Virus record (IMG/VR): IMGVR_UViG_3300021066_000050
Coordinates: 1-44,825 of that record
From: a virus
Lineage: Duplodnaviria; Caudoviricetes
DNA length: 44,825 nt
Direction: 5' to 3' (one strand)
A program made the position numbers and the translations under genes. This document shows positions 8,175 to 17,867 of the stretch, one piece after another. Numbering within the stretch: position 1 is the first letter of the stretch; each line of letters begins with the position of its first letter. The notes under the pieces are model-generated. The model saw only the letters and a list, made by a program, of their open reading frames with translations, was not told the DNA's origin and searched no databases.

Positions 8175-8648
8175 TCAGGCCGCCGTGACCTCGGCGCCCG
8201 CATCGAGCGGCACGTAGATCAGCGACCACTTCACCGATCCGGTGTTTGACGCCGCGCACGACAGGTCGAGCGTGCCCGGGGCCAGCACGACGGGCCGGGT
8301 CGGCCACACTGTCGCGCCCGCGTTCGCCCCGACCAGCGCGTCGGAGAAGACGCCGGTGATGCCGTACAGGCAGCCCACCTCGTCGGCGGTGATGTCGAGC
8401 ACCGCGCAGATGTCCACCGTGGTGCCCGTTGTCGGGTTCGCTTGGAGCTTCGTGTTGTTGGCCTGGGTCTGGATGACCGTGGTGACCTCGCCGACGATGC
8501 CCATGAGCAGTACCCGGCCCGTGGAGATCGTGAATAGAGCTTCAGCGGTGGTCTGCGGGAGGGTGTCGGTGGCCCGGTCCACGCGGATGCCCTGCACGAG
8601 CTCGCGGGCCACGCCGTGGAACTGGGTGGGGTCGAGGATGACCGTCAT
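8175..8648 (-). CDS. putative capsid-associated structural protein
   Basis: 157 aa beta-rich protein downstream of the capsid; GGAAGG SD. Confidence 0.7.
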   Translation of the reverse strand: MTVILDPTQFHGVARELVQGIRVDRATDTLPQTTAEALFTISTGRVLLMGIVGEVTTVIQTQANNTKLQANPTTGTTVDICAVLDITADEVGCLYGITGVFSDALVGANAGATVWPTRPVVLAPGTLDLSCAASNTGSVKWSLIYVPLDAGAEVTAA

Positions 8649-8815
8649 GACTCGCTTGCCTTCCTACGGCGTCCGGCCGGAACGGGAGCGGGGGTGGTGC
8701 CAGTGGAGCCGACCCGGGCCAGGTCCGGGCGGCGGGTACGGGTGTGCCGGCACACCGTGCGGCTCTGCGCCAGGCAGGCGGCAGAGCCACACGATGGGCA
8801 CGGCGTGAGGCGCAT
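8645..8815 (-). CDS. small Cys-containing hypothetical protein
   Basis: MRLTPCPSCGSAAC..., 56 aa, overlaps the neighbouring stop and start on both sides. Confidence 0.4.
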   Translation of the reverse strand: MRLTPCPSCGSAACLAQSRTVCRHTRTRRPDLARVGSTGTTPAPVPAGRRRKASES

Positions 8816-9315
8816 CAGCTCAGCGGGGCCGCAAGGTTGGCCGGGGCCCGCTGCACGGTCAGGTCCCGCAGCAGGTACAGCACCGCGCAGTGCTTCGTGC
8901 CGTTCGTGCCCAGGTCCGGCACGTTCAGCGACAGGTACTCGAAGCCGTCCGACAGTTGGGTGGAGTCGACCTCGATGACGAGGATCTGCTCCTGGCTGGC
9001 GGTGCCCGCGTTGGTGATCTCGCTGCCGGCGGACTGGGTGACCTTCGTCCACTGCTCGTCACCGTCGAGGGTCGCCTCGTCCTTGAGGTAGTAGTGGGTG
9101 ATGATGTCGAGGTCCTGCGACGTGCCGCCGGTGGACGCGTTGTGTTCCTGGAGGTCGACGTCGAGGACGTCGGTGCTGGCACCGGTGCACACGACGACGA
9201 TGGTGACGCCGCCGGCGTTGGTGAGCCGGACGCGCTTGCCGGTGATCGCGCCGGCCACCGCGTCGGTGGGGACGGCTCCGATCGAGATGTCGAAGAGCCT
9301 GCCGAGTGCTTCCAT
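8815..9315 (-). CDS. capsid decoration/cement protein (putative)
   Basis: 166 aa directly after the major capsid; GGGAG SD. Confidence 0.65.
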   Translation of the reverse strand: MEALGRLFDISIGAVPTDAVAGAITGKRVRLTNAGGVTIVVVCTGASTDVLDVDLQEHNASTGGTSQDLDIITHYYLKDEATLDGDEQWTKVTQSAGSEITNAGTASQEQILVIEVDSTQLSDGFEYLSLNVPDLGTNGTKHCAVLYLLRDLTVQRAPANLAAPLS

Positions 9316-9327
9316 GGTCGCGTCTCC

Positions 9328-10818
9328 CTACGCCCGCTCGGCGATCTTGACGAACGGGGAGAGGGTCGCCCCGCCGTTCTTCGGGGTGATGGCGGACTCC
9401 AGCCACGGCCGGCCGTCGACCCGCTCGATGATCCGGTACGCCGTCTGGTCGTTCTGGAACTTGAAGTGCGGGCTGCTCATGGCGGACATGACCTGCCGGT
9501 CGCCGACCAGGTAGAACCCGAGGTCCACGAAATTCAGGTCGCCCAGGTCGCCCACCTTCGGGACCTTCTCGCTGAAGATCACCGGGCGGCCGAGGATCGT
9601 CATCGGCGGCCCCTCGACGCCGTTGTTCAGCCAGATCGCCGACCCGCCGGTGCCCACGGACAGCGCCATCGTGGCCAGCTCAGGGAACGAGTCGATGGAG
9701 CAGATCCACACCGCGCGGCCCAGGCTGCCGGGCAGCATCCGGGCGAACGCCTTGACGATGTTCTCCCACACGATCGTGTCGGCCGGCTGGCCGGACTCCT
9801 TCGCGACGGACACAGCCGCGGCGCCGTTGAGGAAGCCGAGCGGCTCGCCCACGCCGCTGCCGTTGATGAACGCGTCATCCTCGTAGAAGCCGAGCGCCTC
9901 CGGGAAGATCTGGTCGATGAACGCCTGGAACGACGAGATGCTGTCGGAGATCAGCTCGTTCGGGACCTCCGTGTAGGCGGTGAGCTTCTTCGCCTCCAGC
10001 ACGATGCGGGAGAACGCCGCCTGACTCGCGGTGAGCTGGCCGCCTTCCTCCGTCCAGTAGCCGACGATGCCGCCGTACACACTGGAGACGTTGGAGGTGG
10101 CATCGATCGCCGGGAACGGCACCCGCAGCGTCTCCATCGGGATGACCCGGGCGCGGGGGCGCACGATCGCGGTTTCCAGGGAGACGCGGAGCAGCTCGGC
10201 TCGCAGCGTCTCCGGGATGAGGAAACCGCCCTCCGACGGCACCGTCGAGCTGAAGGCGTTGCGGATGCGGCCCAGCTTCGCCTGGAGGTGCGAGTCAGGG
10301 GGCCGCTGGTGCCAGATCGCCTGGAAGTAGTCCGCGCTGGTGGCGAACTCCTTGTCGATCGCGGCACCCATCGCCCGGGGGTTGTAGATGCGGTCCCGGC
10401 CTCCGGTAGCGGCGACCACACCGGTCGGGTTGGTGTGCCGCAGGTCCAGCGGCACCGCCCCGTCCTGCTCCCGCTGGTCCTTGAGCCACTGGGCGAGGGT
10501 GCGCTGCACCTCGGTCTGCACCTGGTCGGAGATCGACCTGTCCCGGTCGATGACGGTCCGCGCGTAGCGCTGCACGAAGTCGCGGAAGCCGTCCTTCTGC
10601 TGGAACAGCTTCGCCATCTTGGGGCCGTCGCGGAGCATGTCCTCGAGGCCCTCGGGGGTGTCGGGGATGGTGATGCGGTCCACGTCGTCCGGGTTGACGG
10701 TGCCGGTGCGCGGCCCGGAGGCGGTGGCCCGGTTGACGATCCGGCCCAGGTCGGCCGGGTCCACGCCGTAGCGGCGGGCGAGTGCCCGACGCTGCGCCCG
10801 GTTGCTGTCGGTCTTCAC
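9328..10818 (-). CDS. major capsid protein (HK97 fold, N-terminal scaffold-like region)
   Basis: SEGGFLIPE, WTEEGG, FINGSGVGEPLG, ILGRPVIFSE, RIIERVDG motifs. Confidence 0.95.
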   Translation of the reverse strand: MKTDSNRAQRRALARRYGVDPADLGRIVNRATASGPRTGTVNPDDVDRITIPDTPEGLEDMLRDGPKMAKLFQQKDGFRDFVQRYARTVIDRDRSISDQVQTEVQRTLAQWLKDQREQDGAVPLDLRHTNPTGVVAATGGRDRIYNPRAMGAAIDKEFATSADYFQAIWHQRPPDSHLQAKLGRIRNAFSSTVPSEGGFLIPETLRAELLRVSLETAIVRPRARVIPMETLRVPFPAIDATSNVSSVYGGIVGYWTEEGGQLTASQAAFSRIVLEAKKLTAYTEVPNELISDSISSFQAFIDQIFPEALGFYEDDAFINGSGVGEPLGFLNGAAAVSVAKESGQPADTIVWENIVKAFARMLPGSLGRAVWICSIDSFPELATMALSVGTGGSAIWLNNGVEGPPMTILGRPVIFSEKVPKVGDLGDLNFVDLGFYLVGDRQVMSAMSSPHFKFQNDQTAYRIIERVDGRPWLESAITPKNGGATLSPFVKIAERA

Positions 10819-11825
10819 AGGCTCGCCTCTCTCACGGCGTTGTAAAACTCGATGGGGTCGATCAGAACGACCTCGCTGAGGTCGGGGTCCGGTTCGGCCA
10901 GGGCGTCACGGAACGCTGCGGCCAGGTCGGACTCGTCGGGGGGACGCAGGGCGTCGCGGAACACGGCGGCCAGGTCGTCGCTCCACAGCGGCACGTCGGC
11001 GGTGTCCGGGGCGTCGGGGGTGGTGTCCGGGGCCGGACCGGTGGAGGTGTGCGCCGCCGCCTCCTCCACCGGGTCCGGCGCCGGTGCGGTCCGGGCGACC
11101 ACCGCCACAGACTCCCGGGCCGCAGGGGTGGCATCGTCGGCCGGTCCGCCAGTGCGGCCGTCGGTGCCGAAGATCGTCAGGTCCCAGGTGTTCTCCCGGC
11201 GGGGCATCCGGTTGGTGGATGCGCCGTTGGTGGCGACCTGGTCAGCGAGGCCGGCGGCGACCGCCTCGTCCGCGCCGTACCACGTTTCGGCGCGCATCCG
11301 GTCCCGCCAGCGGGCCACGGTGCCGTCGCCGCGTTCGGCGTAGACGCTGGCGATGGTGTCGGAGATCCGGTCGAGCTCGTCGGCCATCTGCCGCATGTCC
11401 GCACCGTTGCCGACGCACAGCCCCATCGCGTCGTGGATCATGAGTTGGGACTGGGGGCGCATGATGCGGGTGTCAGCGGCCTGGAGAATGAACGACGCGG
11501 CCGAGGCGGCGAGGCCGTCCACGTAGGCCGTGACGGTCGCCGGGTGCGACCGGATCGCGTTCATGATCGCGATGCCGTCGAACACCTCTCCGCCCGGTGA
11601 GTTGATGCGCAGCTCGATCGCGGGGGCAGTGACGCCCTGGAGCTCACGCACGAAGTCCGCGGCGGTAACGCCCCAGTAGCCGATCTCGTCGTAGATGAGA
11701 ACCTCGGCGACGGGGGATGCCGCGTTGCGGATGGCGTACCAGTCGGTACGGCCCTGACGGAGTTGGGCGCGAGGGCGGGCGGTGCGGATGCCGGCCCGGT
11801 TGAGGATCCGCCTACGCATGATCAC
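10815..11825 (-). CDS. ClpP-like prohead protease (alternative start ATG 11819)
   Basis: IYDEIG, RINSPGG, DGLAASAAS, MIHDA, ETWY..EAV..GLAD motifs. Confidence 0.93.
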   Translation of the reverse strand: MIMRRRILNRAGIRTARPRAQLRQGRTDWYAIRNAASPVAEVLIYDEIGYWGVTAADFVRELQGVTAPAIELRINSPGGEVFDGIAIMNAIRSHPATVTAYVDGLAASAASFILQAADTRIMRPQSQLMIHDAMGLCVGNGADMRQMADELDRISDTIASVYAERGDGTVARWRDRMRAETWYGADEAVAAGLADQVATNGASTNRMPRRENTWDLTIFGTDGRTGGPADDATPAARESVAVVARTAPAPDPVEEAAAHTSTGPAPDTTPDAPDTADVPLWSDDLAAVFRDALRPPDESDLAAAFRDALAEPDPDLSEVVLIDPIEFYNAVREASL

Positions 11826-11965
11826 CCCCCTTGTTGAGGCTGATCGTACTCTCCGCTACCTACGATTCATCAGCTGAGAGGGTGTTTCACCTTCGATTCT
11901 TAGGCAGCATCCGCGCCCCGGTAGGGGTTCACCCGTCTTGAGCTGCAAAAACAGGCGAAGGCGGG

Positions 11966-12022
11966 GCGTGCAACGGACGGCCGGACGGCCGTTGCACGCA
12001 CCATAACCGGTATTATGGTGCG
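11966..12022. promoter_or_regulatory. two overlapping inverted repeats in the portal-protease intergenic region
   Basis: GCGTGCAACGG/CCGTTGCACGC (11966-11999) and CGCACCATAA/TTATGGTGCG (11997-12022). Confidence 0.55.
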
Positions 12023-12062
12023 CGCTTTCCTGCCCGAACGCGAGCGTCGTTCACGTTCTGAG

Positions 12063-14150
12063 TCAGCTCCAGCGGGGTTCGATCAACCCTCGGCAGCGGA
12101 TCCCGCCCTCGCACGCGACATACCCCGCGCCCGTCGGATAGTCCAGCAGCGCCGCCGACAGCAAGGTGTACTCCTTGCCGTCGACCTCCCGGCACGGTCC
12201 GCACGTGTTGCGGTCCCGCACCTCGTCCGCCACGTACGCCGCCGGCTCCGGTAGCGCCTCCAGCGCGGCCAGCCGACCGGCGCCCACCGCCGACCACAGC
12301 GCCCCGCCGAGCTGGTCACGCACGTACCGATCCGACAGTCCGTCCAGGTGTGCACGGACCTGCTCGGCGACCTCCGCCCCCGACGCGTCCGGCCCCGCCA
12401 CCCGCAGCGCCTCCCGGCCGGCAGCCTCCGCCAGAGCCGACGCCATCAACGCCGCGCGGGCCTGCGCGGCGGCGGTCAGCGCCTGCGCGTCGACCGTCAC
12501 GTCCGGCACCGGCGACACCCCTGCGGCCTCCGCCGCGTCGAGGACTGCCTGCGCCGCACCGACCGCGACCGCGATCATGCTGTCGGCGAGCAGGCCGGCG
12601 GCGACGGTTGACGAGATGAGCAGTGTGGCCAGGGCTGCGAGGTCACCCTCGTCGACGGCCTCCTCAACCTGGGCGGTGACCTCCTCAACCTGGGCGGGGG
12701 TGACGTCGGCCGCCCACTGCTCGGTGAGGGACTCCAGCTCCTGCTCCCACTCCTCCAGGGACTCGGCGGCCTCCTGGGCGACGATCCGCTGTGCGCGGCG
12801 CGCAGATGCCCGGGCGAGCGCGGCAGCCGGACCGGCCGGCGCGACCGGGGCGGGCGCGGGCGAAGCGGGCACGTCGAAGCCGAGCATCGGCAGGATCATC
12901 GGGGCCAGGCTCGGCGCACCGGTGACCAGCTTGATCAGCAGATCCCGGTCCGGGTCGCTGCCGGGCAGGCCGTACTGCATGTCGGGCAGGTCCAGGGCTG
13001 CGGCCACCGAGGCCGGGTCGAACCCGGCGTCGATGTACGTCTTCGCCGCGGTGGCCTTGCTGGTCCGCTCGGCGTCTGCGGCGGCCTCGTCGGCGTGCAC
13101 CGGGCTGTCGTAGTCGAACTCCAGGCCAGCGGTCGTCGACCCGAACATGGGCAGGTAGTCGTTGTTCAGCGCGCCCTTGAAGCGCTCCAGGCGGGGCACG
13201 GTCAGGTGCTCGGCGAACCACGCCGAGGATGCGTCGGCCGAGGCCCTGTTGACGTCGTCGACGTCTCCGACGGCGAACTTGGGGATCCCGAATGCCTCCC
13301 GGATGACGTCGCGGGACACCGACCGCAGTTCGGCGAACTGCATGTCGCGCATGGTGAAGGTGCGGTTCACCCACTTGCCCTGCTCGATGACGGCCACCCG
13401 GTGCGCGTTGGCAACCCCTCGGTGCTGCTCGTTCCACCGCGTGGACATCTCGTCGAACTCATCATCGCTGAGCCGCTTGTCGACCTCGATGATGCCGCCC
13501 GGCTCGGCCGAGTTGCGGAAGAAGTTGCGGTTCCACTCGGCGCTGTACCTCGCGCTGTCGAGGTCGGTGAGGATCGCCTGCACCGGACCCATGCCCCGGT
13601 ACGGGTCCAGCGGGTTCGGCATGCGGAGCTGGATGACCTCGTCGAGGCGCAGCGACACCTCCCGGCCGTCCGGCCCGTGGTAGATGTACCCGGCCAGGAA
13701 CTCCGTCGCCGATGGCACCGGCTCCATGCGGTCCGGGCGCACCGGCCACAGGCCGAGCGGGATCGACCGGGCGCGCTCGTCGCGCTCCACCACCCACCAG
13801 CCCTCACCGGTCAGGTCGACATGCTGCTGCACCGACTCGACGAACTCCTGCCCGGTCATGAACGGGTTCGGCTTGCGCCACAGGTCTAGGGCCAGGTGGC
13901 GGGTGACCTCGACGCGGTCTTCGCGCCGGCCGGACGGGGTGGTGCGCCACAGCCGCCAGTGCACCTGCGACACAGCGTTGGAGGTGCGGTTGACGATGGC
14001 GAACAGGGTTCCGACGGAGCCCATGGCGCGCATCTGCGCCTCAGCGCCGGACGTGCCGACCCACGGGATGGACAGCCGCTGTCCGGGGCCGACGTAGGCG
14101 ACGGGGGCCCGGTTGACGAGGGTAGCGAGGCCGCCGAGCAGGGATCTCAT
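12063..14150 (-). CDS. portal protein fused to C-terminal MuF/gp7-like head morphogenesis domain
   Basis: LWPVRPDRM, DPYRGMGPV, NFFRNSAEPGG, IREAFGIP motifs; C-terminal DRNTCGPC...CEGGIRCRG. Confidence 0.92.
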   Translation of the reverse strand: MRSLLGGLATLVNRAPVAYVGPGQRLSIPWVGTSGAEAQMRAMGSVGTLFAIVNRTSNAVSQVHWRLWRTTPSGRREDRVEVTRHLALDLWRKPNPFMTGQEFVESVQQHVDLTGEGWWVVERDERARSIPLGLWPVRPDRMEPVPSATEFLAGYIYHGPDGREVSLRLDEVIQLRMPNPLDPYRGMGPVQAILTDLDSARYSAEWNRNFFRNSAEPGGIIEVDKRLSDDEFDEMSTRWNEQHRGVANAHRVAVIEQGKWVNRTFTMRDMQFAELRSVSRDVIREAFGIPKFAVGDVDDVNRASADASSAWFAEHLTVPRLERFKGALNNDYLPMFGSTTAGLEFDYDSPVHADEAAADAERTSKATAAKTYIDAGFDPASVAAALDLPDMQYGLPGSDPDRDLLIKLVTGAPSLAPMILPMLGFDVPASPAPAPVAPAGPAAALARASARRAQRIVAQEAAESLEEWEQELESLTEQWAADVTPAQVEEVTAQVEEAVDEGDLAALATLLISSTVAAGLLADSMIAVAVGAAQAVLDAAEAAGVSPVPDVTVDAQALTAAAQARAALMASALAEAAGREALRVAGPDASGAEVAEQVRAHLDGLSDRYVRDQLGGALWSAVGAGRLAALEALPEPAAYVADEVRDRNTCGPCREVDGKEYTLLSAALLDYPTGAGYVACEGGIRCRGLIEPRWS

Positions 14151-14166
14151 GTGCCGCTCCGGGGGG

Positions 14167-14361
14167 TCAGGTGCCGCGTACGCGCCACTCCATGATCAGG
14201 CAGGAGATGCCGGCGGCGGCGAGGCCGGCGGGGGCGGACCATGCGGTCCAGGCGGCGGCGGAGAGCAGGGTGAGGCCGGTGGCGGCCCACGTGTAGGGGG
14301 CGGCGCGGCGGGCGGCGTGTCCGGCGCGGGCGGCGGCTGCGCGGGCGGTCTGGGTGGTCAC
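14167..14361 (-). CDS. small two-TM membrane protein
   Basis: 64 aa hydrophobic protein, GTGA overlap with the terL stop. Confidence 0.7.
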   Translation of the reverse strand: MTTQTARAAAARAGHAARRAAPYTWAATGLTLLSAAAWTAWSAPAGLAAAGISCLIMEWRVRGT

Positions 14362-15761
14362 CTGCGGCTCCGGCGCGCTGGGCCACCGAGGAACCGCACG
14401 CGGGGGCGGGCCGACAGGTCCACCTCGGCGACCAGGTAGCGCATCGCGTCCATGCCGTGATCATCCGCCTTAAACGGTTGCTCTTTCGGGGCCTTGCCCG
14501 CGCCAGTGTCCCAGACGTAGCCGGGGAACTCCTCCGCCGTGCAGGTCGGCTTGGACGCGTCGACCAACGCCGGGTCGCGCTCGACGACGGCGTCACGCAT
14601 CAGCAGCAGACGGGGGCGCCCGTCGCCGGCGGGACGCAGGCGCGTCTGCACGCCCTGGATACCGTCGCTGACGCTCTTGTGGGCGGCGACGGTGGACATG
14701 CCGAGGTGCCGCTCCAGGGTGGCCCGGTCCTCGGCGTCGTGGTCGCAGACGATCGCGCGGGGTTTCGGGCCGGTCCAGGTGCGGCCGTGGTGGGCGTAGC
14801 GGGGCCGGCCGGCGGGGTGCCGGTAGTCCGGATCGGGGCGGCTGACCTGGTCGAGGATTGTGATCGCGTGGTCCTCGACCAGGCGCTGCGTGTGGTACAC
14901 CTCCCACTCCAGCCACAGCCGGCCGTCGGGGTCCTCAGCCCAGCACTGGCAGACGAACGGGTTGGTGTAGCCGAAGTCGACGGCCCAGTAGCGGGTCCAG
15001 CCCGCGGGGAGGGGCACGCGGTCGACGAGGTGCACGGCCGGGTCGTACGTCTCGTAGATGACGCCCTCGGCGGCGACCCACAGGCCGCGGCGCAGCCGGT
15101 GGTAGCGAACGCCGGTGAGGTTGTCGAGCTTGCCGATGTAGGCCCGGCCGATGTCGGTGAGCTGGCCCTGGTCGTCGACGAGCACCGGATTGTCCTCGTG
15201 CCGGGACTCGACCATCCGGGTGGTGCCGGCGTCGCAGCGGCCCTTGAGCCAGTGCGCGGGGGTGTCCGGGTTGGTGTCGGCGATGATCTGCTGAAACGAG
15301 ATCCGGCCGTTGCGCAGGCGGGTGGTGATGGACTCCCAGTCGGTCAGGGTCAGCTCGATGGCCTCCTGCACGTACACGACGTCGTATTCGGAGGACATCA
15401 CACGCGTTGCCCGATCCATCCCCCCAACGACGATGACCGATCCGTTTGAGTACCTGTACGAGGGTGCTACCTGCGGGCTTCCTCCGTACCAATTGACCGT
15501 GCCGTTGGCCAAAGCTTCTTTCGCCACGTGCTCGCGGAAGGTAACCAGAGCTGTCGAACCGAGAGAGGCGAGTGTCTTCCGAACGATCAGCCCGCGCGCC
15601 CCTGGGTTCAGCAGCATCAACAGGTGCAGCTTTTCGAGGCACGCCCTCGATTTGCCCGTGCCAGCCGGTCCGCTCAGTAGCAGTTCAGGGTCTCGACACT
15701 CCATCAGCGCTTTGGCCGCACCGCGCGGTCTGTACTGGTGTGTCAGCCCTGCCGCGGTCAT
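14358..15761 (-). CDS. terL: terminase large subunit
   Basis: Walker A SGPAGTGKS, Walker B VYVQEA, DTNP, nuclease VDFGYTNP and DHGMDAMRY. Confidence 0.95.
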   Translation of the reverse strand: MTAAGLTHQYRPRGAAKALMECRDPELLLSGPAGTGKSRACLEKLHLLMLLNPGARGLIVRKTLASLGSTALVTFREHVAKEALANGTVNWYGGSPQVAPSYRYSNGSVIVVGGMDRATRVMSSEYDVVYVQEAIELTLTDWESITTRLRNGRISFQQIIADTNPDTPAHWLKGRCDAGTTRMVESRHEDNPVLVDDQGQLTDIGRAYIGKLDNLTGVRYHRLRRGLWVAAEGVIYETYDPAVHLVDRVPLPAGWTRYWAVDFGYTNPFVCQCWAEDPDGRLWLEWEVYHTQRLVEDHAITILDQVSRPDPDYRHPAGRPRYAHHGRTWTGPKPRAIVCDHDAEDRATLERHLGMSTVAAHKSVSDGIQGVQTRLRPAGDGRPRLLLMRDAVVERDPALVDASKPTCTAEEFPGYVWDTGAGKAPKEQPFKADDHGMDAMRYLVAEVDLSARPRVRFLGGPARRSRR

Positions 15762-16413
15762 CGCCCACCCCATGCAAGGTCAGGTAGGCGACAGCCGCCC
15801 TGAGTCGGGTCGGGTCCTCCTTGAAGAGCCCGATAGCCATGTTGCAGTTCGAGCAAAGCAGGCCACGTACGCAGCTGCCGCACGACTGCGCGCCGGGGCA
15901 GCACCTGTGATCGTGGTCGACAGCCAGAGACCTGGAGCTCTCGTTCTGGCCACCGCAGATTGCGCAGACGTCGCTCTGAGTCGACGCGAGCCGCTCGTAG
16001 TCCTCCAGCGATATTCCGTACCGCTGGGCGACGATTCTGTTTCTCTGGCATCTGCGGCACGAGCTCATCAGGCCGTCGGCTGTGCGGCCGTGTGCTCCGA
16101 ACTGGCCTGGGTCCAGCCACTGCTTGCAGGTCGCGCACCGCTTGCGTCCGTTCTCGTCTCGCAGCGCGGCGGGCACGCGGTCGTTGATGGGCGCAAGCTC
16201 CTGCCTCCGCCGATGCTGGGCGTAGTGGGTGGCGCACAGGCCTTTGCATGACTTCGGCCGGCTGCATCCAACGAACGAGCAACGGCCGGGTGCCTTGGCC
16301 TGGATCTCGACCGGCCCCGGGTTGCCATTTCTCTTCCAGCGTCGCCAGTGGGCATTGCAGTAGCCGGCGGCGTAGTGAGGCCGAAGGCAGCCGGCAAGTC
16401 CGCAGCGTTTCAC
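15685..16413 (-). CDS. endonuclease VII-family free-standing homing endonuclease
   Basis: CAICG..LAVDHDH..VRGLLCSNCNMAIG; N-terminal C..C..GxC..H repeats; overlaps the 5' end of terL. Confidence 0.9.
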   Translation of the reverse strand: MKRCGLAGCLRPHYAAGYCNAHWRRWKRNGNPGPVEIQAKAPGRCSFVGCSRPKSCKGLCATHYAQHRRRQELAPINDRVPAALRDENGRKRCATCKQWLDPGQFGAHGRTADGLMSSCRRCQRNRIVAQRYGISLEDYERLASTQSDVCAICGGQNESSRSLAVDHDHRCCPGAQSCGSCVRGLLCSNCNMAIGLFKEDPTRLRAAVAYLTLHGVGDDRGRADTPVQTARCGQSADGVSRP

Positions 16414-16440
16414 AGACTAGATCATACATCGACTGTGGCC

Positions 16441-16935
16441 TTATACGAGCTGGTTTAGGTCGACGCCTTCGACGATGTACTTCACCACGCCGCCCTGCTC
16501 GATCTTGCGCGGTGCGTCGAGGCCGAGCAGCTCAGCACGCCGCACCATGATCTTGAGTACGCGGTCGATGGCGGCGAGGGTCGGCCCGTCGTCGCGCAGC
16601 GGCACCTCGACGCCATCGGGGCCGGCGACCATTACCAGCTTGCCGGAGGAGTGCGCGACGTGCTCCCGCTCCAGGACTGCCCAGGCGGTGGCGAGCAGGG
16701 CGTCGAGGCGCGCGACCTCGAGGTGCCGCAGGTCGTCGGCGGGTTCCTGCACGGTGTCGCGTAGCACCTTCTGGACGGCGCGGTGGGCGCCGGCGGCGTC
16801 GGCATAGTCAAGCTGCTCGGCGATCTCACGGTAGGAGAGTCCACGGGCGCGCAGCCGGCAGGCTTCGGCGTCGCGTTCGGCGGCGTCGAGGGTGCGAACA
16901 AAGCGGCCGGAGGGGCTGCGGGGTCGGTCTGTCAT
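16441..16935 (-). CDS. terS: terminase small subunit
   Basis: HTH RARGLSYREIAEQL and RRAELLGLDAP; upstream of terL; GGGAGG SD. Confidence 0.8.
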   Translation of the reverse strand: MTDRPRSPSGRFVRTLDAAERDAEACRLRARGLSYREIAEQLDYADAAGAHRAVQKVLRDTVQEPADDLRHLEVARLDALLATAWAVLEREHVAHSSGKLVMVAGPDGVEVPLRDDGPTLAAIDRVLKIMVRRAELLGLDAPRKIEQGGVVKYIVEGVDLNQLV

Positions 16936-16980
16936 GCCGGTCACCTCCCGTGGATCAATCGTAGGGGCTGCGGTCGCGCG

Positions 16981-17532
16981 TCACGGCCGCCACTCGTCGC
17001 GGTAGCCGGGCCGGTCGGCGTACGGCAGGGCCAGCAGACGCAGCGTGGTGCAGGGCGCGAGGACGTACGGCGTGATGAAACCCTCGGGCAGGACGCCGGC
17101 TTCACCGTACTTCGGGTGCCACTCGGTATATGCGGCGTTCTGGCAGCGGCGGCACGCCTGCGCCTCTCCCTTGCCGTTCTGGTCGTGTGGCCATTCGACC
17201 GTCCGCCAGATTGGCTGGTGCTCATCGAGGATGCGCCGTTTGGCGTCCACCTCGGCGGCCATGCGTGCCGGGTCGTAACGGGTGATGTGCGCGGCGTCGG
17301 CCATGCTCTGCGCGTGACTGGCCGGCCCGGTAGCGGCCACGCATCCGCTGAACGGGCTGTCGCCGTAGCCCACGAACTCTTCGCCCTTGCTGCGGTCGTA
17401 CTGCTCGAATGCCTCGGGCCCCAGCCATGCCTTGCCTGGGTTGTGCCACCAGGGGCCAACCGTGGCTGCGCGCGCCACCTGCTCGTCGTTGTCGAGCTGG
17501 GCGCGCAGCCAGGTGATCAGGTCATCGGTCAT
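16981..17532 (-). CDS. DUF6221-like protein
   Basis: MTDDLITWLRAQLD..HITRYDPARMAAEVDAKRRIL..LRLLALPYADRPGYRDEWRP. Confidence 0.8.
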   Translation of the reverse strand: MTDDLITWLRAQLDNDEQVARAATVGPWWHNPGKAWLGPEAFEQYDRSKGEEFVGYGDSPFSGCVAATGPASHAQSMADAAHITRYDPARMAAEVDAKRRILDEHQPIWRTVEWPHDQNGKGEAQACRRCQNAAYTEWHPKYGEAGVLPEGFITPYVLAPCTTLRLLALPYADRPGYRDEWRP

Positions 17533-17816
17533 CGTGCGTCCTTCCTGGGTAGTCCGGGCAGCGTCTCGGGCGGCCCTCCGGGGCGGCTCACGTCGAGCTG
17601 GTCGACGGGCGTCAGCTTGGCGAGGCGACGGGCGACGGTCTCCCAGTCGGCCCCGTGCGCCTCAGCAATGGCCTTCTTCGGTACGTCCAGCTCGGCGGCG
17701 GCGATGAGCGCGGCGTCGGTCTCGGCGTCGAGGCGGGCGCGGCGGCGGGCGAGGCGCGCGAGCTGGTCGAGGGCGGCCTGCTGGGCGGCGTCGGGGCGGA
17801 ACGGTGTGCGGGCCAT
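17529..17816 (-). CDS. small HTH-like regulator, probably leaderless
   Basis: MARTPFRP..VPKKAIAEAHGADWETVARRL; TATGAT lies 6 nt before the ATG. Confidence 0.65.
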   Translation of the reverse strand: MARTPFRPDAAQQAALDQLARLARRRARLDAETDAALIAAAELDVPKKAIAEAHGADWETVARRLAKLTPVDQLDVSRPGGPPETLPGLPRKDAR

Positions 17817-17822
17817 GCACCC

Positions 17823-17867
17823 ATCATACGCAAGGCACTTGCCATGCGAAAGCCACTCGATTAGACT
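17823..17867. promoter_or_regulatory. divergent promoters
   Basis: Plus strand TTGCCA(17839)-N17-TAGACT(17862); minus strand -10 TATGAT (17828-17823). Confidence 0.6.

Noticed and set aside
12660-12700. Direct repeat CCTCCTCAACCTGGGCGG in the portal gene
   Set aside because: It is an in-frame 7-codon duplication (AQVEE) with no sign of a regulatory role.
14358-16413. Intron or intein in the terminase
   Set aside because: terL is continuous and of normal length. The endonuclease is free-standing and no splicing motifs were seen.
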